Positions 1 to 6,670 of a DNA stretch of 16,612 bases are shown one piece after another (positions within the stretch are counted from its first letter, which is position 1; each line of letters begins with the position of its first letter). The notes below the pieces were generated by a model. It was not told where the DNA came from and did no database searches. It saw only the letters and a program-made list of their open reading frames with translations. A program made the translations under genes and the position numbers. Source of the DNA: a bacterium (GTDB lineage: Bacteria; Oederibacteriota; PGYV01; Palsa-1178); NCBI GenBank assembly GCA_037138355.1, contig JBAXIL010000039.1:1-16612 (forward strand), read 5' to 3'.

Positions 1-1109
1 TATTTTTTTACGAGAACCATTGCTTTGTCCCAAAACTCCGGTACCGACATCCACGATGTCATTATAATGGAAGATGTTCTACCGCTTGAAATACCCACAA
101 ATTTAAATGGCTTTAATATTGATTCTATACCTTTAAGCAAATTTTCTGATTTGGTAGTTCGAATCATAAGGTCTGTAGATAGCATGAGCACTATGAGTCT
201 GAAGGCAAACAAAGAACCAGTTGATAGTCCTGCCTGTGTAATTTTTATTGGGCCAAGGGTATATAATACATTGCCACCTGTATGGAAAAATATAGGAATA
301 GCAAAAGAAAATAATATAAAGGTTGACATTTTTTTGACTCCGCCAAATATATTCAAAAAAGAAATTCCAGCGGACATTGAAATTATAAGTATCAAGCACA
401 GCATTACACCATAAGCATATATATTATTTAAGACAAATATTGTTATTGCCATAATCACAACAACAGCTATTTTAAACTCTGGTTTAAAGTTATGTAAGAA
501 CGATTTTCCAGGAATATATCTTTTATTGAAGTTTGTATCTGAAGTCTCATTTTTAAGTAATAAAATTTCATAACCTTTATATGCTGTATCTCCGCCTTCT
601 TCGAGTTTTTCACATACTTTAGAAGCTATCACTCCAGTTACCCATCCCATTATCACACCACTTATTCCAAGCCAAGGCAAAAGCATAAATACTCCTGTGT
701 GTTTTATAATAAGAAGATATACAAGACTTATTTGCGTCATGTTATGAACCACTGCACCCAAAATACTTATTCCAATTAAACTAAGAATTGGGGTTTTCAT
801 TTTTGATAAGATTGCATAAGCTGCTCCCATAGTAATAGAACTTGTAATTGCCGAAGCAAAACTTAAGACAAAGGTAGGTGTAAGAAATGTTCCTAATAAT
901 AGAGAGCTTACAATTGTCCTGAGCACTGCAATTTCAAGTGCTGACATAAATCCCAAATCTACTAAAGCCACAATTGTAATCATATTTGCTAATCCAAGTT
1001 TTATGCCAGGAACAGGCTGTGGAAAAAACGACTCAGCCATTTGTAATATGGCAGCGCATGTCACGAGAAGTGCAGTCTTTTGGGCCTTAGGATCATTTTG
1101 TATATTCAT
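1..1109 (-). CDS. Gx transporter family (heptaprenyl diphosphate synthase component I-like, EetB-like) membrane protein fused to an ECF transporter T component (EcfT/CbiQ); 3' end truncated by the window edge
   Basis: Not in the ORF track; translated by hand. ATG at 1109 follows GAGGA, and the frame stays open to the window edge (369 codons). The N-terminal half (ESFFPQPVPGIKLGLANMITIVAL...GISILGAVVHNMTQI) has the Gx-transporter signature. From about aa 197 (YIPGKSFLHNFKPEFKI...GSLFAFRLIVLMLSTDLMIRTTKSENLLKGIESILKPF) it follows the EcfT pattern. Confidence 0.88.
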   Translation of the reverse strand, partial: MNIQNDPKAQKTALLVTCAAILQMAESFFPQPVPGIKLGLANMITIVALVDLGFMSALEIAVLRTIVSSLLLGTFLTPTFVLSFASAITSSITMGAAYAILSKMKTPILSLIGISILGAVVHNMTQISLVYLLIIKHTGVFMLLPWLGISGVIMGWVTGVIASKVCEKLEEGGDTAYKGYEILLLKNETSDTNFNKRYIPGKSFLHNFKPEFKIAVVVIMAITIFVLNNIYAYGVMLCLILIISMSAGISFLNIFGGVKKMSTFILFSFAIPIFFHTGGNVLYTLGPIKITQAGLSTGSLFAFRLIVLMLSTDLMIRTTKSENLLKGIESILKPFKFVGISSGRTSSIIMTSWMSVPEFWDKAMVLVKK

Positions 1110-1117
1110 ATTTATCC

Positions 1118-1507
1118 TCAATAAGATATAACATCATACTTACCGTTTTTATGATCTATGGGTATATTAACAACTACTTTATTTGGAAGACATATGAGTG
1201 ACTGCCCAGGTTGCGATATCCATCCTGCATGTATGCATATCTGGTTTGGACAATCCGATTTTAATACTCTAACTTTTTTATCTTTAACTTCTATTTGCAT
1301 GTTCCCAATATTGGTTGTCCCATCAATGCTGAGATTAATTTGCTCTAAAAGTTTATTGTTAACATAGATTTCAGCTTTCAAAGGATTAGTTGCAGATTTG
1401 ACAAAAGCAAAAAGTGGTGCTACAGAAAGGACCACTATTATTATCGCAAGCAAGTAGTCGTAATAGGTAGCTCTGTAAATTGCTTTTTGTGTCTTTAACT
1501 TTTTCAT
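1118..1507 (-). CDS. NusG domain II-containing membrane-anchored protein (DUF1312/Lin0431 family, EetA-like)
   Basis: N-terminal TM helix, then SDCPNQICIHAGWISQPGQSLICLPNKVVV, the three-Cys motif of this family. AAGGTGA RBS. Lies directly upstream of the Gx-transporter gene, its usual partner. Confidence 0.88.
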   Translation of the reverse strand: MKKLKTQKAIYRATYYDYLLAIIIVVLSVAPLFAFVKSATNPLKAEIYVNNKLLEQINLSIDGTTNIGNMQIEVKDKKVRVLKSDCPNQICIHAGWISQPGQSLICLPNKVVVNIPIDHKNGKYDVISY

Positions 1508-1533
1508 TTTTTATCACCTTTTAATTGCTACTA

Positions 1534-1554
1534 TTCCCACTATTTCGGTAGTAT
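1534..1554. promoter_or_regulatory. putative Rrf2 operator (degenerate copy) overlapping -10/+1
   Basis: Minus strand ATACTAC-CGAAATA-GTGGGAA, at the same position relative to TATAAT as the copies at 5211 and 10833. Confidence 0.55.
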
Positions 1555-1580
1555 TATAGCAAAAGTCGTTTCATTGTCAA
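1553..1580 (-). promoter_or_regulatory. sigma-70 promoter for the NusG-II / Gx-EcfT operon
   Basis: Minus strand TTGACA (1575-1580) - 16 bp - TATAAT (1553-1558), with extended -10 TG. Confidence 0.75.
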
Positions 1581-1595
1581 CTAAAATAGTAGTAT
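1575..1595. promoter_or_regulatory. second putative Rrf2 operator overlapping -35
   Basis: Minus strand ATACTAC-TATTTTA-GTTGACA, preceded by TATA as in the other copies; 41 bp from the first copy. Confidence 0.5.
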
Positions 1596-1804
1596 TATAT
1601 TTCATTTATAAGCCAATAAAAACGCCATTTTCAATAATATTCCAAAATACTATGTGAAAGATTTCTTGCTTGTTTTACTATTTTTTGTATTCAATCACAT
1701 CACATGTATATTAACAGGTTTGGTGTGAAATATTTCATTTGAGTTTTCATAGAGAAAAAACATTGTATAACATAAAATAAATTTAATTTAGATTTTTTTA
1801 ATTA

Positions 1805-2110
1805 TTACCTTATCATCGTTAAAAGCATTTTAAATTTTACATTTGCTTTTACTGCATGAGAAATATTTGCAGGCATTATTATCAGCTCACCTTCTTTTAC
1901 TTCATGTGGTTCACCACCGATAATTACTGTAGCTGCACCGTCTGTGACTTGTACCATCGCTTCAAATGGTGCCGTGTGTTCAGAAAGTGACTGATCCTTA
2001 TCAAAAGCAAATAATGTAACCGTTCCTGTTTTTTTGTTCAATATCTGTTTTGAAACTATTGAACCTTTTGAATACTCAACTCCGGACTTCATTGAAATTT
2101 TTTCAACCAT
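1805..2110 (-). CDS. cupin domain protein
   Basis: TLFAFDKDQSLSEHTAP and GELIIMPANISHAVKA cupin motifs; GGAGG RBS; last gene of the 4809-1805 operon. Confidence 0.9.
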   Translation of the reverse strand: MVEKISMKSGVEYSKGSIVSKQILNKKTGTVTLFAFDKDQSLSEHTAPFEAMVQVTDGAATVIIGGEPHEVKEGELIIMPANISHAVKANVKFKMLLTMIR

Positions 2111-2153
2111 TTTAAGCCTCCATTAATTTTCGTTTTTTTATGTTTTTATTACT

Positions 2154-2540
2154 TTATAATCTTTTTTGTCCTTCTATCTTCATTATCTTTGTCACATTCT
2201 GTGTCATTTCAAGACAACCTAAATATTTCCCTTGATTATCCTTAACAGGAAAATAACTTATCATTATTTTTTTTTCTTGGAAATCTATCCAAAATTCAGA
2301 CTCTGTCAATGTACCATTTTTAAAACCACTCAAAATAGCATTAACCTTGTCAAGACTTTTAGGGGGATGACAGTTTTGAACTTTTCTTCCTAAATCCATT
2401 TTTGTCCGTGGAAATATTCTTCCTTCTTTTGGTGTATTAAAAAACCTTACTGTATCATTTTCATCAACAAAAGAGCAATCCAAAGGTAACGCATCACAAA
2501 TAGCTTCAATTGTTTCAATCGAAAGTTCTTTTAGATTCAT
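2154..2540 (-). CDS. stand-alone PAS domain protein (PAS_10 type, DUF438-associated)
   Basis: LPLDCSFVDENDTVRFFN...RIFPRT...GRKVQNCHPPKS...YLGCLEMTQN matches the PAS domain usually found at the C-terminus of DUF438 proteins; AAGGAG RBS. Confidence 0.88.
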   Translation of the reverse strand: MNLKELSIETIEAICDALPLDCSFVDENDTVRFFNTPKEGRIFPRTKMDLGRKVQNCHPPKSLDKVNAILSGFKNGTLTESEFWIDFQEKKIMISYFPVKDNQGKYLGCLEMTQNVTKIMKIEGQKRL

Positions 2541-2563
2541 GTTTTTCTCCTTTTTTATTTAGT

Positions 2564-3331
2564 TTATAAGCTTGGATTAAAATACCCTAAATTATCACAC
2601 TCTTCCTTTATATCCTTCCACTCTTCCTCTGTTATTACCTTCATTGCTGTTACATATAGTATGTTTTCTTCTTTTTGAGTATGTGAACCAAACTTTTCAA
2701 GCAACAAAATCGCAAGTGGTTCTAATCTTTTTATTAGGGCATCAAATGTCATAGTAGCTCTTGCTTTAATAACTTTTAGTAATTCCTTTTTCTGTTCTTT
2801 CATTTCAGTATGATCATGCCACATGATAGCTGGCGGCTGTTCTATGCCGTGTCTCTCCAATATGGGAAATAAAGTATTTTCTTGTCTCACATTATGATTT
2901 TCTGCTTCCATAAGCTTATCAACCAACTTTTCTATAATTACCAACTCATTTCCAGCTGATTCATAATTACCTATTTTTTTTGCTTTCTTTATTTCATCGA
3001 TCAATTTTTCCATAACAGTAAGTATGTTTTTATGGTCCTCTTGAAATGCTGCTATTGGATGCCCCTCGGGCACTTTTAAATTAGGATTTCGTATTACATC
3101 TTTAAACATTTCTAAGTGTACATCGCATGCTTTCATAAGGTCTTCTATGCTTGCTCCTTCTTTCATTAGTTCTGCTTCAGCAGCTGCTATTACAAGCGGG
3201 CTGGCATCTTTTATGGTTTCTTTAAAATCATTCTTTATAGCTGCCATTTCCTCTACACTTGTCTTCTCCGAAACCTTTTTAAGCAATTCTTTTATTTTCT
3301 GCTTTGATATATTAAACTTTTCGTCTCCCAC
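2564..3331 (-). CDS. DUF438 + hemerythrin-like (HHE) domain protein
   Basis: IAAAEAELMKEG...ACDVHLEMF (DUF438), then GHPIAAFQEDH, HNVRQENTLFPILE, IMWHDH and HTQKEENILY (hemerythrin-like H/E motifs). GTG start with AAGGAG RBS. Confidence 0.88.
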   Translation of the reverse strand: MGDEKFNISKQKIKELLKKVSEKTSVEEMAAIKNDFKETIKDASPLVIAAAEAELMKEGASIEDLMKACDVHLEMFKDVIRNPNLKVPEGHPIAAFQEDHKNILTVMEKLIDEIKKAKKIGNYESAGNELVIIEKLVDKLMEAENHNVRQENTLFPILERHGIEQPPAIMWHDHTEMKEQKKELLKVIKARATMTFDALIKRLEPLAILLLEKFGSHTQKEENILYVTAMKVITEEEWKDIKEECDNLGYFNPSL

Positions 3332-3345
3332 AATTAGAACTCCTT

Positions 3346-3918
3346 TTACTTTTTATACAGATATACCCTTACTTCTTCTTCTGATATTTTCACAACATGA
3401 GATTCAAAACCTTGAGTTTGTAGATAATTAATAATAGGTGCTGGCTCAAACTTTTGTATAAGAACAAATCCACTACCAGACTTTATGCTACCTGCTTTGT
3501 CCAAAATGAAAGTAAATGGCTCTCCTTCAATTTTTCTGGCATCAAAGGTCTCAAAAGACACAATTTGTTCCAACCATTTTGGTTTATCTGTGTTATTTTC
3601 TGTATTTCCTGTTCCAAACTCTTTTTTCATAAACTCTTCCTGCATTTTCGGGATTTGACTCTTAAAATATGTTAAAAATTCACTTCCCTTTCCAATAGCC
3701 TCATTTAGTTCATAAAGCATTTCCTTTATATATATATTTCCAATCTTTGATGCTTTTCCAAGAGAGGTTATCTTAGCAACAGTATTAAACATAACTGGAT
3801 TTTGAAGATTCTTAAATTTTGGTGAAATCTTAATCAACACTTCCTTAAGTTCAGGATGCTTTGTTAATAATTCATACACCGTGTCTTCCTCTGTGATTAT
3901 TCCTTCAGGTTTTTCCAT
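3346..3918 (-). CDS. DUF1858 domain protein with C-terminal DUF2249-like domain
   Basis: ITEEDTVYELLTKHPELKEVLI...FKNLQNPVMFNTVAK (DUF1858) and FDARKIEGEPF...LIQKFEPAPIINYLQTQGF (DUF2249/TusA-like); AAGGAG RBS. Confidence 0.8.
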   Translation of the reverse strand: MEKPEGIITEEDTVYELLTKHPELKEVLIKISPKFKNLQNPVMFNTVAKITSLGKASKIGNIYIKEMLYELNEAIGKGSEFLTYFKSQIPKMQEEFMKKEFGTGNTENNTDKPKWLEQIVSFETFDARKIEGEPFTFILDKAGSIKSGSGFVLIQKFEPAPIINYLQTQGFESHVVKISEEEVRVYLYKK

Positions 3919-3951
3919 ATCTTCTCCTTATTAATATTTGTTCAATAATAT

Positions 3952-4809
3952 TTATGCCCATTCCTCACTTATTACATTTCCCTTTAATCCAACTACAATT
4001 GCCTTAATTGGTACTTTTCTTTTTGAAAGCTCTGCTGCCTGCTTTACTGCACTCAGCAAACCACCGCAACAAGGAACTTCCATAATCATTACTGTTATTG
4101 TATTCACTTGTGCATCGTCTATCATGGAAGTCAATTTTTCTATGTATATGTCCATTCCTTCATCAAGTTTTGGACAAGCAATAGCAAGTGATTTACCTTT
4201 TAGAAAATCTCTATGAAAATTACCCAAGGAAAAAGCCACACAATCAGCAGCCAATAATACATCTTTCTTTTGAAAATAAGGTGCATTTGGTGATACTAAA
4301 TGCAATTGTATAGGCCACTGCCTAAGTTCTGATGGTTGTTCTCCCGAATTATCGTCATTACCAGTATGCCCTGTATCTTCTGAAAAATCAAGCGTCCTTG
4401 AACCAGGACACCCACCACCACCATGTGAATGAGGTGTTTGAGCCTTCGGCTTATTAATTTCAGGAATTGGCATATTATTTTTCTTTAGGTATTCAATAGC
4501 TTCATTATAAAACCCTGTTTCTCCATGATCTTTTAAATGTTTAAGATGAGCAATTATGGTATTCTCTCCTTGTTTAGATATATTATCCATTACTTTGCTT
4601 TCATTGTATTTCTCTGCTTCTTTTTTTTCCACTGTTATAGCATCCAATGGACACTCTCCTATACAGGCTCCTAATCCATCGCATAATAAATCCGAAACTA
4701 ATCTTGCTTTTCCATCTATAATTTGGAGTGCACCTTCTGGACAACCTGGTACGCAGTTTCCACAGCCATTACATTTATCTAAATCTATTACTACTATATC
4801 TCTCAGCAT
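3952..4809 (-). CDS. 4Fe-4S dicluster ferredoxin-domain protein (type commonly encoded beside hybrid cluster protein)
   Basis: CNGCGNCVPGCP and CDGLGACIGECP cluster motifs, plus GGCPGS, SELRQWPIQL, AADC, IACPKLD and MEVPCCGGL; AAGGAG RBS. Confidence 0.9.
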   Translation of the reverse strand: MLRDIVVIDLDKCNGCGNCVPGCPEGALQIIDGKARLVSDLLCDGLGACIGECPLDAITVEKKEAEKYNESKVMDNISKQGENTIIAHLKHLKDHGETGFYNEAIEYLKKNNMPIPEINKPKAQTPHSHGGGGCPGSRTLDFSEDTGHTGNDDNSGEQPSELRQWPIQLHLVSPNAPYFQKKDVLLAADCVAFSLGNFHRDFLKGKSLAIACPKLDEGMDIYIEKLTSMIDDAQVNTITVMIMEVPCCGGLLSAVKQAAELSKRKVPIKAIVVGLKGNVISEEWA

Positions 4810-4834
4810 TTTGTATTACTCCTTATTTTTTTGT

Positions 4835-4855
4835 ATATCACTGAATTAGTGATAT
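4835..4855. promoter_or_regulatory. putative Rrf2 operator
   Basis: TATATCACT-GAATT-AGTGATATA, perfect 9-bp arms (4834-4856), overlapping the -10 element. Confidence 0.75.
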
Positions 4856-4882
4856 ATTACAAGAATAAAAGATATTTGTCAA
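4854..4882 (-). promoter_or_regulatory. sigma-70 promoter for the 4Fe-4S/DUF438 operon
   Basis: Minus strand TTGACA (4877-4882) - 17 bp - TAATAT (4854-4859), about 45 bp upstream of the ATG. Confidence 0.72.
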
Positions 4883-5068
4883 CACTTATATTATTTTTTT
4901 AATTAAAACATTATTTATTGGATAGTATTTAAAACTTAATATTTAGCTTTTACACCATGCCTATATACTGACAACTTAACTTACTTGATCATTTATTAGC
5001 AAATAAGCATTTCGCGTGTCACGACCTAAAATATACCATATATATAACCCGATTTATCTTAAAAATAC

Positions 5069-5099
5069 AAAAAAAAAGACCCGCATTGCTGCGGGTCTT
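5069..5099 (-). terminator. rho-independent terminator
   Basis: Minus strand AAGACCCGCA-GCAA-TGCGGGTCTT, a perfect 10-bp stem with a GNRA tetraloop, running into a 9-T tract. Confidence 0.9.
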
Positions 5100-5224
5100 C
5101 TAAGATATGGGTGTAGGACGATATAAGGGGGTTGGGAGGGTTAGGGGGAAACCTACACCCATATTATCTTAGTATTCATACAATTTTTAGCTTTTTAAAG
5201 AACATTTTATATATCACTGAAACA
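5069..5224 (-). ncRNA. candidate small regulatory RNA with C-rich loop
   Basis: Bounded by a consensus promoter (5230-5258) and a terminator (5069-5099). Contains an 18-bp stem with a 3-nt bulge (5100-5117 pairing with 5152-5172) closing the loop UUUCCCCCUAACCCUCCCAACCCCCUUAUAUCGU. No ORF with an RBS inside. The 5' end is estimated from the -10 position. Confidence 0.7.
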
Positions 5225-5231
5225 GTAGTAT
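5211..5231. promoter_or_regulatory. putative Rrf2 operator
   Basis: ATATCAC-TGAAACA-GTAGTAT, overlapping the -10 and predicted +1 of the sRNA promoter. Confidence 0.7.
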
Positions 5232-5258
5232 TATAGCATAACAATTTTAAAATGTCAA
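5230..5258 (-). promoter_or_regulatory. sigma-70 promoter of the candidate sRNA
   Basis: Minus strand TTGACA (5253-5258) - 17 bp - TATAAT (5230-5235) with extended -10 TG; perfect consensus. Confidence 0.85.
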
Positions 5259-5362
5259 GTTTTGGGGTATGGTCCCGAATAAATATTTGTTTACTACAGT
5301 CGAGTTCCATACTTCCTGTTAGTTTTATTTTAGTCTTAAACTCGGCTTTTTTTATCGTATAT

Positions 5363-5391
5363 TTTATATCAAAAAGAAATTACTTTGTCAA
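5363..5391 (-). promoter_or_regulatory. second, upstream sigma-70-like promoter without the operator
   Basis: Minus strand TTGACA (5386-5391) - 17 bp - TATAAA (5363-5368), with TG extension. Confidence 0.55.
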
Positions 5392-5423
5392 GTTTTTAAA
5401 AAAAAATTAAAAATAATTATTTA

Positions 5424-5741
5424 TTATTTTTTTACTACTTTACCATTTTTATAATTTTCTACATTTTTCACGGTTCCACAACTGTCATAGTTAATCCACT
5501 GCCCATCTTTTAATCCAGCCATATAATAACCTTTTGATTTAATCAAGCCGCTATCTATGTCATAATATTCCGTATATTCTCCATGCAAAACACCCATTTC
5601 ATAATTTGCTTCCACATACAAACTTGTCTCAGGGTCAAAACTAATATATTGCCCATGATATACCGTCTTCTCTCCGCCAGAACAGCCACCACTACAACCA
5701 CACTGTGAACTACAACCTTTTTGTTTCTTTTGTTTCGCCAT
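5424..5741 (-). CDS. MORN-variant repeat protein (YwqK-like) with Cys-rich N-terminus
   Basis: Repeats such as YEMGVLHGEYTEYY and YMAGLKDGQWINYD; N-terminal GCSSQCGCSGGCSGG; GGAG RBS. Confidence 0.8.
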   Translation of the reverse strand: MAKQKKQKGCSSQCGCSGGCSGGEKTVYHGQYISFDPETSLYVEANYEMGVLHGEYTEYYDIDSGLIKSKGYYMAGLKDGQWINYDSCGTVKNVENYKNGKVVKK

Positions 5742-5805
5742 AAATTCTCCAAAAAAAATCCCACAATAAAATATGGGTTTTATATAGTCAGTTATTACTA
5801 TTAAT

Positions 5806-6114
5806 TTATTCTTTTCCTAACTCATCATCAAACATCGTTCTTTCAAGCATTTCACCTTTGTTCCATATCTTCACAACCAATATCTTACCTTTTTTATCAA
5901 ACTCTGACCACGCACCCTGCTTCATACCATTTTCATAATGCCCTTCAATTTTTACTTGTTTTGTCTCTTCGTAATATTCTTTATACAAGCCATGTAACAT
6001 TCCGCTTTCAAACTTCGCCTGTTTATATATATGCAAATATGTATCATAAGCTTCATAAGTTCCGTTTAATGTACCTGTAATTGAATGGTTCTGACCATGT
6101 TTTCTTTCTGTCAT
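5806..6114 (-). CDS. MORN-variant repeat protein (YwqK-like)
   Basis: Repeats FESGMLHGLYKEYY and YENGMKQGAWSEFDKKG; strong AGGAGGT RBS. Confidence 0.82.
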   Translation of the reverse strand: MTERKHGQNHSITGTLNGTYEAYDTYLHIYKQAKFESGMLHGLYKEYYEETKQVKIEGHYENGMKQGAWSEFDKKGKILVVKIWNKGEMLERTMFDDELGKE

Positions 6115-6141
6115 AGCAAATTACCTCCTGAATATTTAAAT

Positions 6142-6170
6142 AGTATAAAAAATATTATCAGTTTTTTCAA
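6142..6170 (-). promoter_or_regulatory. sigma-70-like promoter for the MORN-variant gene pair
   Basis: Minus strand TTGAAA (6165-6170) - 17 bp - TATACT (6142-6147); no operator palindrome. Confidence 0.5.
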
Positions 6171-6232
6171 ACAATTTCAAGTATTCTTATTTTTTTATAT
6201 TTTTTTCAATTGCAAATTATTTTTTTCTGGCT

Positions 6233-6670
6233 TTACATAAATCTTATCATATTAATTCCGGTTACTTCATCAATTTCTTTTCTTGCCTTTATTCCTTTGA
6301 GCTCAATTAAGAAAGCTTCCAAAGTAATGAACACTTCCGTTTTTTGTTTTATACACCCAGTAAGTGTCTTCAGTTTTTTTCCCATTGAAGTATGCAAGTG
6401 TATCTGCGGTCCAGTTTTTCCTTCAAAAACAGAACCTGTTCCAAAAACCTCCCAGGCATCTTTAAATGCTACCTTGTTTGGTACTGGTGGTATAATAGCT
6501 TTTTTAGGACCGCAAACAATATTTCCTTTTTCTAAGCCACCAAGAAAAACAAAAAACCCCGTTTTAATTTTTTCTTTTTTTACAAGTCTTTCCAATGCTG
6601 TGACTATATTATCCTTGTTTTCAAATTTTATCACAAAAGTCCTACCAATTTTAGCACTACTGTATTTCAT
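6233..6670 (-). CDS. PPC domain / DUF296 protein
   Basis: IGRTFVIKFENKDNIV...WEVFGTGSV...PQIHLHTSMG. Start moved to the ATG at 6670, which follows GGGAGG. Confidence 0.85.
   Translation of the reverse strand: MKYSSAKIGRTFVIKFENKDNIVTALERLVKKEKIKTGFFVFLGGLEKGNIVCGPKKAIIPPVPNKVAFKDAWEVFGTGSVFEGKTGPQIHLHTSMGKKLKTLTGCIKQKTEVFITLEAFLIELKGIKARKEIDEVTGINMIRFM

Noticed and set aside
25..414. 129-aa plus-strand ORF, and the 88-aa minus-strand ORF at 133-399
   Set aside because: Both overlap the Gx-EcfT fusion gene on the minus strand, which has recognisable motifs and an RBS; they are shadow frames.
5100..5205. Tiny ORFs inside the candidate sRNA (MFFKKLKIV, MNTKIIWV, MGVGFPLTLPTPLYRPTPIS)
   Set aside because: None has a Shine-Dalgarno sequence, whereas most genes in the window have a clear one, and the longest starts inside the stem.
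5069..5224. Riboswitch or attenuator leader for the 4Fe-4S operon
   Set aside because: The operon has its own promoter and operator at 4835-4882. The long stem does not overlap the terminator stem, I see no antiterminator pairing, and I recognise no aptamer. Not fully excluded.
5751..5781. Weak hairpin plus T-run between the two MORN-variant genes
   Set aside because: Short imperfect stem with an AT-rich loop next to the RBS; too weak to call a terminator.
5424..6114. Toxin-antitoxin system (YwqK antitoxin label)
   Set aside because: No toxin-like gene is adjacent; the label reflects a generic repeat fold.
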